In this document: one piece after another, positions 9,103 through 18,606 of the stretch
Numbering within the stretch: the stretch's first letter is position 1
Layout of the letters: the number at the start of each line of letters is the position of its first letter
Assembly (NCBI GenBank): GCA_965217775.1
Contig: CBDCJH010000002.1
Coordinates: forward strand, 3,936,001 to 4,000,000
Reading direction: 5' to 3'
DNA length: 64,000 nucleotides
From: Acidobacteriota bacterium
GTDB taxonomy: Bacteria; Acidobacteriota; UBA6911; RPQK01; JAJDTT01
Notes under the pieces: model-generated
The model's input: the letters and a program-made list of their open reading frames with translations, nothing else
Told to the model about the DNA's origin: nothing
The model's database searches: none
Position numbers and translations under genes: made by a program

Positions 9103-10569
9103 TTGAACATGTATTCTCGAATGACAGTCCTGCTGACCGTTTTGATCTTCGTCGCTTCCGGCTCTTCTATCCTCGGAAGCTCACACGCAGACGGTGTGGA
9201 GATCGGCAACCGGAAGCAGCTTTTCATCGACGACCACGTGGTGGAGTCCACCCAGGGCGTCACCCGACGGTTGAACCGGCTGGAACGTCATCCCGGCAAT
9301 CCGGTTCTGGTGGGTGACCGTCCCTGGGAACGATGGATGATCTCACCCAATGGGAGGGCCGTTCTCTTCGATCGGGAGAACGGCGAATTCAAGATGTGGT
9401 ACATGGCCTCCCACCCGGAAGAGGGGGCGCCGGGCGGGTTTCGGTACAAGGTGGGTTACGCCGTGTCCCAGGACGGTATCGAGTGGGAAAAACCGAATCT
9501 GGGACAGGTGGACTGGGAGGGTTCGCGCGACAACAATCTCATTCCCCGGGGCGTCAACTGGATGCGGCGGGCCAATGTCATCAAGGACCTCCGAGACCCG
9601 GACCCCCAGCGCCGGTTCAAGATGACCTACGTGGACGTGTTCGACGGAGGGGCGGCCATCACCAAGGGCTATTCTTCCGACGGTGTCCACTGGAGGCTCA
9701 ACGGCGACGGGAAGCCCTGGTTCCGGCGGCCCCACAACGGCAACCTGTTGGGTTGGGATCCGCGCATCGAGCGCTACGTCTTCTACGTGCGGATGCGCGC
9801 CGCACAGAATACGGTGGGGCGGGCCGTCAGCCCGGACTTCGTCACCTGGTCGGAACCCGAGACGGTGATGGCTCCCGGACCGGCGGAACCCGACCTCCAC
9901 TTCAAGGGACTGGCCGCGTTCCTTTACGAGGACCTCTACCTGGGCTGGCTCTGGGTCTTCGAAAGAGGGGCAAAGGAGTTCGTCGCGGCTGCGGCCGAGT
10001 TGGCCGTGAGCCGGGACGGGATCCACTGGAACCGGCCCTTTCCCGGGTCCTTCGTTCTGGAGCGTGGGGAGGATCCGGCCTGGGACAGCCGGCTCAGCAT
10101 CCCGGTGGCTCCCGTGGTGCACGACCAGCGGATCTGGTGCTATTACTGGGGCGAGAACATGCCCTACACCGTGGACGCCATCCGGAAGGTGAAGGACGGC
10201 TGGGTCCAGGACGGGCAGCGGATACAGAGGGCCACCGGTCTGGCCACCTTGCGGTTGGACGGATTCGTGGCGCTCTCGGCGAAGGGAGAAGGATCGGTCA
10301 CCACGAAGCTTCTCGAGACTCCCGGCGGCCGACTGACGGTCAATGCCCGGGTTGGGGGCGAACTTCGAGCGGAGGTCCTGGACGAGAACGGTCAGGCGAT
10401 CCCCGGATACGAGGTTCAACAGTCCAGGCCGGTTCGGGGAGACTCATTGCATCACGTACTGACCTGGGGGAGCGGATCGGAACTGGTTCCTCGCCGGAAG
10501 GTGGGACTTCGGATTCGATTCCACTTGCGGGATACGGACCTGTACGCCATTCAGGTCAGAGCCGATTGA
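9103..10569 (+). CDS. Secreted GH32-like five-bladed beta-propeller protein
   Basis: Signal peptide; KQLFIDD, AVSQDGIEWEKP, SRDGIHW and LRLDGF motifs. Confidence 0.65.
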   Translation: MNMYSRMTVLLTVLIFVASGSSILGSSHADGVEIGNRKQLFIDDHVVESTQGVTRRLNRLERHPGNPVLVGDRPWERWMISPNGRAVLFDRENGEFKMWYMASHPEEGAPGGFRYKVGYAVSQDGIEWEKPNLGQVDWEGSRDNNLIPRGVNWMRRANVIKDLRDPDPQRRFKMTYVDVFDGGAAITKGYSSDGVHWRLNGDGKPWFRRPHNGNLLGWDPRIERYVFYVRMRAAQNTVGRAVSPDFVTWSEPETVMAPGPAEPDLHFKGLAAFLYEDLYLGWLWVFERGAKEFVAAAAELAVSRDGIHWNRPFPGSFVLERGEDPAWDSRLSIPVAPVVHDQRIWCYYWGENMPYTVDAIRKVKDGWVQDGQRIQRATGLATLRLDGFVALSAKGEGSVTTKLLETPGGRLTVNARVGGELRAEVLDENGQAIPGYEVQQSRPVRGDSLHHVLTWGSGSELVPRRKVGLRIRFHLRDTDLYAIQVRAD

Positions 10570-10627
10570 CGATATCGACGGGCGTTCAAGAGAGTCCACC
10601 TAGAATTCAGAATCCTCCGAAATTCCC

Positions 10628-12484
10628 ATGCTCTGGCTTCCCTTCGCTCTGCTCGCCCTCCTGACCCCTCCCCAGGAGAAAGAACCGCCCACCGAGGAAA
10701 AGCCGAAGGGTTCTCACGAGACCGTCGTCGTCACGGCCAGCCGGCAAGAGCAGCCTCTGCTCGAGAGCACGGCTCTGGTCACCGTCCTGTCGCGGGACGA
10801 CCTCCGCCGGTCGCCGGCGCTGGTCCTGGACGATGCTCTGCGCCAGATCCCCGGGTTCAGCCTCTTTCGGCGCAGCAGCAGCATGATCTCCCATCCGACG
10901 ACCCAGGGAGTCTCGTTGCGGGGCATCGGACCCTCCGGAACCAGCCGCACTCTGGTCCTGTTCGACGGCATTCCCTGGAACGATCCTTTCGGCGGCTGGG
11001 TCTACTGGAACCGGATCCCCCGCACCGCCCTGGAGAGCGTGGAGGTGGTTCGGGGCGCCACCAGTCCTCTGTACGGGAGTACCGCGTTGGGAGGGACCAT
11101 TCAGCTTCGTACGGCCCGCGACCAGCGCCACCTGGACGTCCGGGGCGTGCTGGGGAGTCACAAGTACGCCGACCTGGATCTCGCCGCTTCCGATCAAGTG
11201 GGAGACTGGGGGTATCTGGCCTCAGCGCGGGTCCTTGATACCGACGGCTTCTTCATCGTCGACGAGGCGCTCCGGGGAGAGGTGGACACGCCGGCCAACA
11301 GCCGGTTCGAGACCTTCTTCGGCCGGGTCTCCTACAAGAGGTTCCACGTCGGCGTCAACACGTTTCGGGAACGGCGCAGCAACGGGACACAACTCCAGCA
11401 GAACGACTCCCGGATCGCTCTCCTGGAGACGGGGATTCAGGGCGATTCCTGGCAGGGCCGTTTCTACGTCCAGTCGGGCCTTTTCAAGAATACCTTCTCC
11501 CGGGTCCTGAGTGGCCGTTCCCGGGAATTCGTGACCGCCCGGCAGGAGTTCCCCACGCTGGGGACTGGAGGGTCACTGACCTGGAACCCGCGGGGACAAC
11601 TGCTGCTTGGAACCGATTGGAGACGAGTCAGTTGGCAGGACCGGGTGCAGAATCTGGCCGGCCTCTTTGTCCAGCAGACCGTGCCCATCCATACCCGGCT
11701 GGACTTGCAGCTCGGCGCACGGACGGACTGGTGGCAGGGCCGCACCACCGAGACTTCCCTGAATCCTCGCTTGGGCATCCTGTTGCGGAGCGCCCAGTGG
11801 TTGACCCTGCGCAGTTCGGCGTACCGCGGATTCCGGGCTCCCACGCTGAATGAGCTCTATCGCCCCTTCCGGGTGGGCAACGTCATCACCGCCGAGAACC
11901 CGGATCTGGGCGAGGAGCACCTGTGGGGGGGAGAGCTGGGAGCCGACCTCCATCCGTCAGACTCCGTGCTGTTCCGGATCAACGGCTTCTGGAATTCGCT
12001 TCGGGATCCGGTGGGGAATGCCACCGTCTCCGTGGGCCCCCAGTTCATCCAGCGCCAGCGGCAGAATCTGGGGCAGGTTCGGGTCCGGGGCCTGGAGCTG
12101 GAGACGGGCCTGCAGGGAGACCTTCCCTGGAGCCTGCGGATGGGATACCTCTACTCGCAGACCGATGTTCGGGAGACGGGCTTGAGGCTGCCGCAGGTCC
12201 CCCGCCATCAGTTCACGGCGGAGATCCGTTACGACGGGCCGTTCACGGCGGCGTTACAGGGACGGTGGATCGGGGACCAGTTCGAGGACGATCGCAACAC
12301 CATGGTCCTGGAGCGGTTCTTTCTACTGGGCGCCAGCGTCCGAAAACCGCTGGGCGAATCGCTGGAGATCTTTCTGTCTGTGGAGAATCTGCTGGACCAG
12401 GACTACGTGGTCCGGCTGACGCCGCTGCCCTCGCTGGGCATCCCCCGCCTCGTTTACGGCGGCGTCCAACTTCGGCTGAGGTAA
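10628..12484 (+). CDS. TonB-dependent receptor
   Basis: TonB box ETVVVTA; plug-domain motif VEVVRGATSPLYGSTALGGTI; FRAPTLNELY; VENLLD. Confidence 0.92.
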   Translation: MLWLPFALLALLTPPQEKEPPTEEKPKGSHETVVVTASRQEQPLLESTALVTVLSRDDLRRSPALVLDDALRQIPGFSLFRRSSSMISHPTTQGVSLRGIGPSGTSRTLVLFDGIPWNDPFGGWVYWNRIPRTALESVEVVRGATSPLYGSTALGGTIQLRTARDQRHLDVRGVLGSHKYADLDLAASDQVGDWGYLASARVLDTDGFFIVDEALRGEVDTPANSRFETFFGRVSYKRFHVGVNTFRERRSNGTQLQQNDSRIALLETGIQGDSWQGRFYVQSGLFKNTFSRVLSGRSREFVTARQEFPTLGTGGSLTWNPRGQLLLGTDWRRVSWQDRVQNLAGLFVQQTVPIHTRLDLQLGARTDWWQGRTTETSLNPRLGILLRSAQWLTLRSSAYRGFRAPTLNELYRPFRVGNVITAENPDLGEEHLWGGELGADLHPSDSVLFRINGFWNSLRDPVGNATVSVGPQFIQRQRQNLGQVRVRGLELETGLQGDLPWSLRMGYLYSQTDVRETGLRLPQVPRHQFTAEIRYDGPFTAALQGRWIGDQFEDDRNTMVLERFFLLGASVRKPLGESLEIFLSVENLLDQDYVVRLTPLPSLGIPRLVYGGVQLRLR

Positions 12485-12539
12485 TGAGTCGCTTCTCGGG
12501 CCGGTCATAAGTATGGCAAGCGAACTCTGAGGAGGGGTC

Positions 12540-12950
12540 ATGAGCAAGGAGACTTATTCCCCTTGGGATAGCGCTGAGCTTCTCGATAACAGCCCGTGGT
12601 GAAAGTCCCGCGAGCACCGAGACCGTTCCTGCGCCCGCCGGACAAGGCGCGATTCGGGTGCATACCGGGAGTATGTGCCCGAATCGCAACGCCGTCCGCC
12701 GGGATGCAGGGACGGTCGAATGCCGTGATGACTTTTGCCACGGGCTGTTAAAGCACTTGGCAATGTTGCTCGCGCCAACGGCATGACATTGATTGCTGCG
12801 AAGACCAAATTGGCTCGACAAAGCTTGTACAAAGCTCTGTCGGGTGAACGCGACCCCCGGATCGGAACTGTGATGAAGGTCCTTGGCGCACTTGGCGTGC
12901 AACTGTCCGTCACACCCAAACTGCGTCCTGGTACGGATGTGACGACGTAA
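12540..12950 (+). pseudogene. Addiction-module antidote protein (HI1420/TIGR02684-like), split by a MITE
   Basis: N-terminus MSKETYSPWDSAELLD from ATG 12540 (GAGGAGG RBS); C-terminus KALGNVARANGMTLIAAKTKLARQSLYKALSGERDPRIGTVMKVLGALG resumes after 12748. Confidence 0.8.
12590..12747. mobile_element. 158-bp MITE-like element with 18-bp terminal inverted repeats
   Basis: CAGCCCGTGGTGAAAGTC (12590-12607) vs GACTTTTGCCACGGGCTG (12730-12747), 16/18 complementary; flanked by TAA/TTA; internal hairpin at 12649-12687. Confidence 0.8.
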
Positions 12951-13202
12951 TTCCTTGATCTCGAACTATTGTGCATATTGACGAAGAATATTTGGTAGGG
13001 GCGCCCCTTGTGGGTCCAAAGCGGAGCAAGACGGCACCAGACGAAGAGGCGGCGGCGGCAAGGCCACCGCTACGGCGAAGAAATTTTGGTTCCGGCTATG
13101 CCGGGTTAGGGATGTGGCGGGTCGCCCGTTCCTGGGTGTTTCGTTGGGAGTTCGGCGACCGGAAAGCGTAAAGTGGGGACTCCGTCCCCCCTGCCCCCCT
13201 AA

Positions 13203-13255
13203 TCGGCGGCAAGAAAGCCGCCGCTCCCGTTCGGCGACAAGAAAGTCGCCGCTCC
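13203..13255. repeat. Two tandem REP-like palindromes
   Basis: TCGGCGGCAAGAAAGCCGCCGCTCC and TCGGCGACAAGAAAGTCGCCGCTCC, 28-bp period, just past the aldehyde dehydrogenase stop. Confidence 0.7.
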
Positions 13256-13266
13256 AGGCGTCGCTC

Positions 13267-14685
13267 CTAGCCGTCCAGGTGGACGACGACCATCTTGGAC
13301 TCGGTCATCTCTTCCACGGCGTAACGGGGGCCTTCCTTGCCCATGCCGCTGTCCTTGAGGCCTCCGTAGGGCATGAGGTCGGCCCTCCACTGGGTGCCCC
13401 AGTTGATGTGCAGGTTGCCGCTATCCACTTCCTGGGCGAATTTCAGGGCCCGGTCGATATCCTGAGTGAAGATGGCCGCCGAGAGGCCGTAGCGAGTGTC
13501 GTTGGCCATGGCGATGGCCTGGTCGATGTCGTCGAAGCGATTCACGGCCACGGCGGGACCGAAGAGCTCATCGCAACTGATCCGCATGGCCGGGTCCACG
13601 TCGGCCAGGATGGCCGGTTCCACCAGGGCCCCGTTGCGGGCTCCCCCGGTGAGCAGGCGGGCTCCGCCGTTCGCGGCTTCCTGAATCCAGTTGGACACGC
13701 GGATGGCGTCCGATTCCCGCACCAGCGGCCCCATGGTGGTCCCTTCCTGGAGCTGATCTCCGATGCGAATCCCCTCGACGCCGGTCTTGAGGCGGTCCAG
13801 GAAATCGTCGTAGATCCGGTCCGCGGCCAGCACCCGCTGCGCCGAGATGCAGACCTGTCCCGCGTTGGCGAATCCGGTGGCCACCGTGGCCGCGGCCACC
13901 TTGTCCAGATCGGCGTCGTCCATCACCAACAGCGGGGCGTTGGACCCCAGTTCCATGGTGACCTTTTTCATTCCGGCCACTCGGCAGATATGGTCCCCCA
14001 CTTCGTAGCTGCCGGTGAAGCTGATCTTGCGGACTCGAGGATCGCCCGAGAGAAAGTCGCCCACCTCGCTGCCGGGACCGGTCAGGCAGGACAGGGCCTG
14101 GGGCGGGGTCCCCGCCTCCAGCAGAATCTCCACTAGCTTGAGCGCCGACAGGGGCGTGTCGGTGGCCGGTTTGACCACCACGGCGTTGCCGCCGGCCAGT
14201 GCGGGTCCGACCTTGTGGCAGACCAGGTGCAACGGAAAGTTGAAGGGAGTGATGGCCGCCACCACGCCGCACGGCACCCGCAGGGTGAACCCCAGCCGTC
14301 CGGCGCACCCCGGCGCCGCGTCCAGGGGGAGCACCTCGCCGGTGATCCTCTTGGCCTCTTCTCCCGAGAGCCGGATGATCTCGGCCGCCCGTACCGCTTC
14401 GATCCGGGCTTCCGCCAGGATCTTGCCCTCTTCGGAACTGATGGTCCGGGCCAGATCCTCGGAACGCTCCTCCATGAGGTCCGCCGCCTTGGTGAGGATT
14501 CGCGACCGGTCGTAAGCCGGCATCTTCCGCATCACGCGGGCCCCCTCGACGGCGCCGGCCAAGGCTGCGTCCACGTCGGCGGGCCCGGCCTTGGGTACGG
14601 TGTCCACCACCGAGTCGTCGTAAGGATTCCTGACTTCGATCAGTTGGGGCGTCTCGGTCCATTCACCTTGTACGAACATTCTCAT
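13267..14685 (-). CDS. Aldehyde dehydrogenase family protein
   Basis: ITPFNFP, FTGS, ELGSN, AGQVCIS (catalytic Cys), ELFGP and PYGGLKDSG motifs. Confidence 0.95.
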   Translation of the reverse strand: MRMFVQGEWTETPQLIEVRNPYDDSVVDTVPKAGPADVDAALAGAVEGARVMRKMPAYDRSRILTKAADLMEERSEDLARTISSEEGKILAEARIEAVRAAEIIRLSGEEAKRITGEVLPLDAAPGCAGRLGFTLRVPCGVVAAITPFNFPLHLVCHKVGPALAGGNAVVVKPATDTPLSALKLVEILLEAGTPPQALSCLTGPGSEVGDFLSGDPRVRKISFTGSYEVGDHICRVAGMKKVTMELGSNAPLLVMDDADLDKVAAATVATGFANAGQVCISAQRVLAADRIYDDFLDRLKTGVEGIRIGDQLQEGTTMGPLVRESDAIRVSNWIQEAANGGARLLTGGARNGALVEPAILADVDPAMRISCDELFGPAVAVNRFDDIDQAIAMANDTRYGLSAAIFTQDIDRALKFAQEVDSGNLHINWGTQWRADLMPYGGLKDSGMGKEGPRYAVEEMTESKMVVVHLDG

Positions 14686-14774
14686 GACTTTTTCTCCTTA
14701 CCGGTCCGTTTCAAAATCTCGGCGCCAGAACACCCGGCCGGCGCCTGGCGAGACGTTCACCGTTGGCGGTCGCA

Positions 14775-16241
14775 CTATCGAAAGCGGAGGGAGTAGAGAT
14801 CCGCGTCCCGCATCACGATTCGCAGCCGAACCGGCTTGCCGGCGATCCGGTTCAAGGTATCCCGAATTGCCTTGGGGTGACCCCGGTCCCAACTGACCGT
14901 GTGCTCGACCTCGTCTCCAAAGATCAGGGGCGAGTCCTCCAGCGCGAACCCGGGAACCGGATGGCCATGGAGGTCCTGGACCTCGATCCGGATGCTCCCT
15001 GCGGCCGACGTGGAAAAGTTCAAGATCAGGTCGTTTCCCTCGAAGATGAAGGGCTTGGTCACCATCTCCCCACCCTTGTAGTCGGCCCGGAGAGAGGCGA
15101 ACCCATCCATGCGCACCGTCATACGCTCCAGGTGGGCGCTGGGTGACGTGTAGTTTCGGGCCACGTAAAGGGAGATCTCGTCGTCGCCCGTGGGGACGAC
15201 GCCGGAAGAGACCATGTTGGTCCGATGAACCCAGTTCTTGGGGTCCCGGCCCGGCCGAATGAAGGCCTGTCCGAACCGCCGGTTCCAGTGCATGCCGTCA
15301 CGGCTGGTCATGAACACGCCGTCGGAGACCCCGGCCCCCGGCGCGTTGTCGTGGTACGTCCTCCAGGGAACGAAGCGCTTGGGAAAGGCCAGATAGATCT
15401 GGGGAGCCCGGAAGTAGGGCTGGGTGGCGTTGGTGTAGAAGTGCTCCCGCGGCGCCCCTCCGTAGTCGGCCCACTCCCCCTTGGTCCAGTGAATGAAATC
15501 CTCGGAAGTGGCGCATTTGACGGTGCGGACCCCGTCCCTGAAATCCCGGTAGATGGCCACGTAAAGCCCCCGAACCGGATCCCAGAAGGGAACGTTCAAC
15601 GAATCGAAGGCCCCGTCGCTGATGACCGGATCTTCCTGGATCTTGGTCCAACGGATGCCGTCGGGCGAAGCCAGAGCCAGCAGCGGTCCGCCTGCCAGCG
15701 CCTTGTACTGCTGGGAAGGATCCGCTTCCGGGTTGCCGTCCTTGAAGGGAGCAAAGTTGTGCCCGCCCCTGCCGGACCAGACGATGTTGTTGTCCTTGGA
15801 GCTCTCGAACTCGATGAGACCCAGTGATGGACGGGTCCAGGTGATGCCGTCCTTGCTTTCGACGTAGCAGGAGACCTCCTCGTGCTCCGGGATCACCGTC
15901 TCGCCGGGAGCCACAAATTTGGGGAAGGTATAACCGGCGTGACTGCTGCCGCGATAGTACATGCGGTAGAGGTCCCCGTCCTTGAAGACGGTGTGGTAGA
16001 GCGACGTGGTCCCCTCCCAGGGTTTGTCGAACTTGAGCACGATCCCCGCCGGCCGGGGCTCCTGAAGCTGGAGCCGCACTCCCTTCATGGAATCGATGAG
16101 GTAATCGTCGACGAAGAGCTCCAAGCTGGAGCCGAGATCCAGAGGTTTCAGCTTCTGACCGTGGCTGGAGGCACGGGAGTCAACCGAAACCAGCGTGAGT
16201 AGGACCAGCAAGCCGATGGATGTTGGAAATCGCCCTTTCAT
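14775..16241 (-). CDS. Secreted GH32-like beta-propeller protein
   Basis: Signal peptide; ELFVDD, ESKDGITWTRP, FDSLN, SRDGMHW and VRMDGF motifs. Confidence 0.65.
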   Translation of the reverse strand: MKGRFPTSIGLLVLLTLVSVDSRASSHGQKLKPLDLGSSLELFVDDYLIDSMKGVRLQLQEPRPAGIVLKFDKPWEGTTSLYHTVFKDGDLYRMYYRGSSHAGYTFPKFVAPGETVIPEHEEVSCYVESKDGITWTRPSLGLIEFESSKDNNIVWSGRGGHNFAPFKDGNPEADPSQQYKALAGGPLLALASPDGIRWTKIQEDPVISDGAFDSLNVPFWDPVRGLYVAIYRDFRDGVRTVKCATSEDFIHWTKGEWADYGGAPREHFYTNATQPYFRAPQIYLAFPKRFVPWRTYHDNAPGAGVSDGVFMTSRDGMHWNRRFGQAFIRPGRDPKNWVHRTNMVSSGVVPTGDDEISLYVARNYTSPSAHLERMTVRMDGFASLRADYKGGEMVTKPFIFEGNDLILNFSTSAAGSIRIEVQDLHGHPVPGFALEDSPLIFGDEVEHTVSWDRGHPKAIRDTLNRIAGKPVRLRIVMRDADLYSLRFR

Positions 16242-16367
16242 CTACTCCTCCTGTACGTCGTTTTTGGGACGCCGACCCGAAGCATACGACCTAGACCATC
16301 GCGAGAAAAGGGAAACGAGGAAAGTGGCGTGAGAGAAGAGGGATCAGGGCGGCTCCGCCCGGGAGGG

Positions 16368-16802
16368 CTACCCGCCCGGACCGTCCGCGCTGAAGTAGGC
16401 TTCCAGGGAATTCAGCTGATCCGCCAGCTCCTCGATGTGATGTTGAAGCAGATTGCGAACCGACAACAGCCCTGTGACGCGATCCTCCGAGTTCACTACC
16501 GGCAGGTGCCGGATGTGGCGGGAGACCATGAGCTCCAAGGCCTCTCCCGCTTCCGCCTCCTCCCCAACCGTCTGGACGGCCGTCGTCATGACCTCACGGA
16601 CGGTTGTGGCTTCGGGATCCAGCCGAGGAACGACGACTCTCAGCATGACGTCCCGTTCGGAGAAGATCCCGACCAGTTCGTCCCCCTCCAGGACGGCGGC
16701 GGCTCCGATTCTGGCATTCCGCATGGACATGGCGGCCGAGAGCACCGTCGAGTCGACTGCCACACTTGGCGGCGGCACTTGCGCTAACTTGATCACCTTC
16801 AT
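16368..16802 (-). CDS. CBS-domain pair protein
   Basis: LVGIFSERD, VREVMT and IRHLPVV motifs. Confidence 0.9.
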   Translation of the reverse strand: MKVIKLAQVPPPSVAVDSTVLSAAMSMRNARIGAAAVLEGDELVGIFSERDVMLRVVVPRLDPEATTVREVMTTAVQTVGEEAEAGEALELMVSRHIRHLPVVNSEDRVTGLLSVRNLLQHHIEELADQLNSLEAYFSADGPGG

Positions 16803-16919
16803 TCCAACATCTCTCCAAACCTTAATAAATCAAGGCGGGAATGGATCGAGTATAACACAGCGTTTGCTGGAAGAGCCCCGGAATCGAGCGTCGAAGACAA
16901 GCCGGAAATGGTCGGACGG

Positions 16920-17777
16920 TTACATGACCACCGGCCCGGAGACATCCTCATCTTCTTCGATCTCCAGGACTTCCGCCGCCCGGATCCAGCGCTTGCGCCG
17001 CTGGAAATAGACTGCGGCCGCGATGATCCCCAGAGCCAGTCCGATGGCGTGGGTCCGATAACTGACCTGGGGTTGAACAGCAGAGGGCAGGAAGAGAATC
17101 AGAGCCACACCCAGGCTTCGCATGACCCGTTTCTTCAGGAGGATGCTCCGCTCCACCAGGATATAGACGGCCAACCAGAATCCGGCCATCACGTGGGTCA
17201 TGCCCGAAGCTCCCACCAGGTGAACCTCGGGGGAATAGGTCAGAAGGGAGAGGTAGTTGGTGACGACGCTCAGAACGATGACGCCCAGGGGATAGACTCC
17301 GAAGCCGAAGTAGCCGTAGAGGAGGTAGCCGAAAAAGACCACGAAGGGAAGATTGGAGAACAGATGCATCCAGTTGGAATGAACGGCCAGAGCGGAGAAC
17401 AGCCGCCAATATTCCTGCTGGTCCATGACCCTTTCGGGTACGGCCGCCAGGAGTCGGAAGAGCTCAGGAGAGTCCCTCCAAACCAGAACGGAGACGAACA
17501 AGATGACCATGGCGCAGGCGGCCGCGACGAGTCCGCTGTTCTCGGCCGCTTCCGCGAGAGGAGGGTCCGCTTGACCACGATCCGCGGCTGTGTCCAGTTG
17601 AATTCCGTTGTCATGCGCAAGATACCAGCGATTTTCCATCATAGGAGCGGGGACCCCCGGGTTCAACGAGAGGGAGGCGTGGAGTCCTCGGTTGGCACCG
17701 TTCCGGTACGTTTCCGGGGTCTGTGCCGTGCTAACATTGACGTAGTCGGCTTGGTCTTTGCGTCCGTGAGACGTCAC
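16920..17777 (-). CDS. Rhomboid-family intramembrane serine protease (start uncertain, may be ~17642)
   Basis: YWRL, HxxxxHLFSN and GASG motifs, downstream His (THAIG), several TM segments. Confidence 0.85.
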   Translation of the reverse strand: MTSHGRKDQADYVNVSTAQTPETYRNGANRGLHASLSLNPGVPAPMMENRWYLAHDNGIQLDTAADRGQADPPLAEAAENSGLVAAACAMVILFVSVLVWRDSPELFRLLAAVPERVMDQQEYWRLFSALAVHSNWMHLFSNLPFVVFFGYLLYGYFGFGVYPLGVIVLSVVTNYLSLLTYSPEVHLVGASGMTHVMAGFWLAVYILVERSILLKKRVMRSLGVALILFLPSAVQPQVSYRTHAIGLALGIIAAAVYFQRRKRWIRAAEVLEIEEDEDVSGPVVM

Positions 17778-17779
17778 CC

Positions 17780-18199
17780 ATGAGTTGTTTGCGAAGTCCC
17801 GTCCCTTCCGACCTCAAGGTGTTGAGAAAGCTCTGGCCGCGGCTGTCCGATGTGGCGCTGGAGGCGCAGATCCGCGGCCCCCGGCTCCGAATCATCGAAG
17901 CCGGTGGGAAGCCGGTGGGTTTTCTCAAGTTCCACGTGATCTGGGAATCGCTCCCCTTCATCGAGCTCATCGTCATCCTGGAATCGGAGCGGGGTCTCGG
18001 CTACGGCACCTGCGCGGTGCGGGAGTGGGAGCGGCAGATGGCGGAACGCGGCTTCGACCTGGTGGTCATGTCCACCCAGGCCTCCGCCACGGCCCAGCAC
18101 TTTTGGCGCAAGCTCGGCTACCGGGATTGCGGCGCGCTCACGATACGGGACCAGCCCGCCGAGATCTTCATGCAGCGCCGCTTGGCCGGGGATTCCTGA
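17780..18199 (+). CDS. GNAT-family N-acetyltransferase
   Basis: ERGLGYG acetyl-CoA motif; AQHFWRKLGY. Confidence 0.85.
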   Translation: MSCLRSPVPSDLKVLRKLWPRLSDVALEAQIRGPRLRIIEAGGKPVGFLKFHVIWESLPFIELIVILESERGLGYGTCAVREWERQMAERGFDLVVMSTQASATAQHFWRKLGYRDCGALTIRDQPAEIFMQRRLAGDS

Positions 18200-18256
18200 C
18201 TGTCCTTGGCGACATTTGCAGGGGACTGATAAAGTTCGTTCGGAGATTTCAAGCAC

Positions 18257-18330
18257 GCGCCCGTAGCTCAGCTGGACAGAGCAACGGACTTCTAATCCGT
18301 GGGTCGGGGGTTCGAATCCCTCCGGGCGCG
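18257..18330 (+). tRNA. tRNA-Arg(TCT)
   Basis: Acceptor stem GCGCCCG/CGGGCGC, D arm TAGCTCAGCTGGA, anticodon arm ACGGA-CTTCTAA-TCCGT, T loop GGTTCGAATCC; CCA not encoded. Confidence 0.95.
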
Positions 18331-18409
18331 CACTTCATCTGTCTTTCCTCTTGCCTCAAAAGCTCTCCCACCGGCCTGAGCCCGGCGAAATCCCGGAAGA
18401 AAAAGGAGG

Positions 18410-18600
18410 GGAACGGCGACTTCCAGTCGCCGAACAGGAGCGGCGGTTTCCAGCCGCCGAACAGGAGCGGCGGTTTCCAGCCGCCGAACAGGAGCGGCGG
18501 TTTCCAGCCGCCGAACTCCCAAGTGCCAACGGGGCAGGAATGCAGGAGGGAATGAGCTTGCGGGGGAGCGCGGGAATGGGCGACTGGAAATCGCCCCTCC
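18410..18600. repeat. REP-like cluster: four tandem 27-bp palindromic units plus one inverted copy
   Basis: GGAGCGGCGGTTTCCAGCCGCCGAACA-type units at 18410-18516; inverted unit GGCGACTGGAAATCGCCCCTCC at 18579-18600. Confidence 0.85.
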
Positions 18601-18606
18601 TTTTCC

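Noticed and set aside
18410-18516. Possible CRISPR array
   Set aside because: Units are directly adjacent with no unique spacers and there are no cas genes; this is a REP-like tandem repeat.
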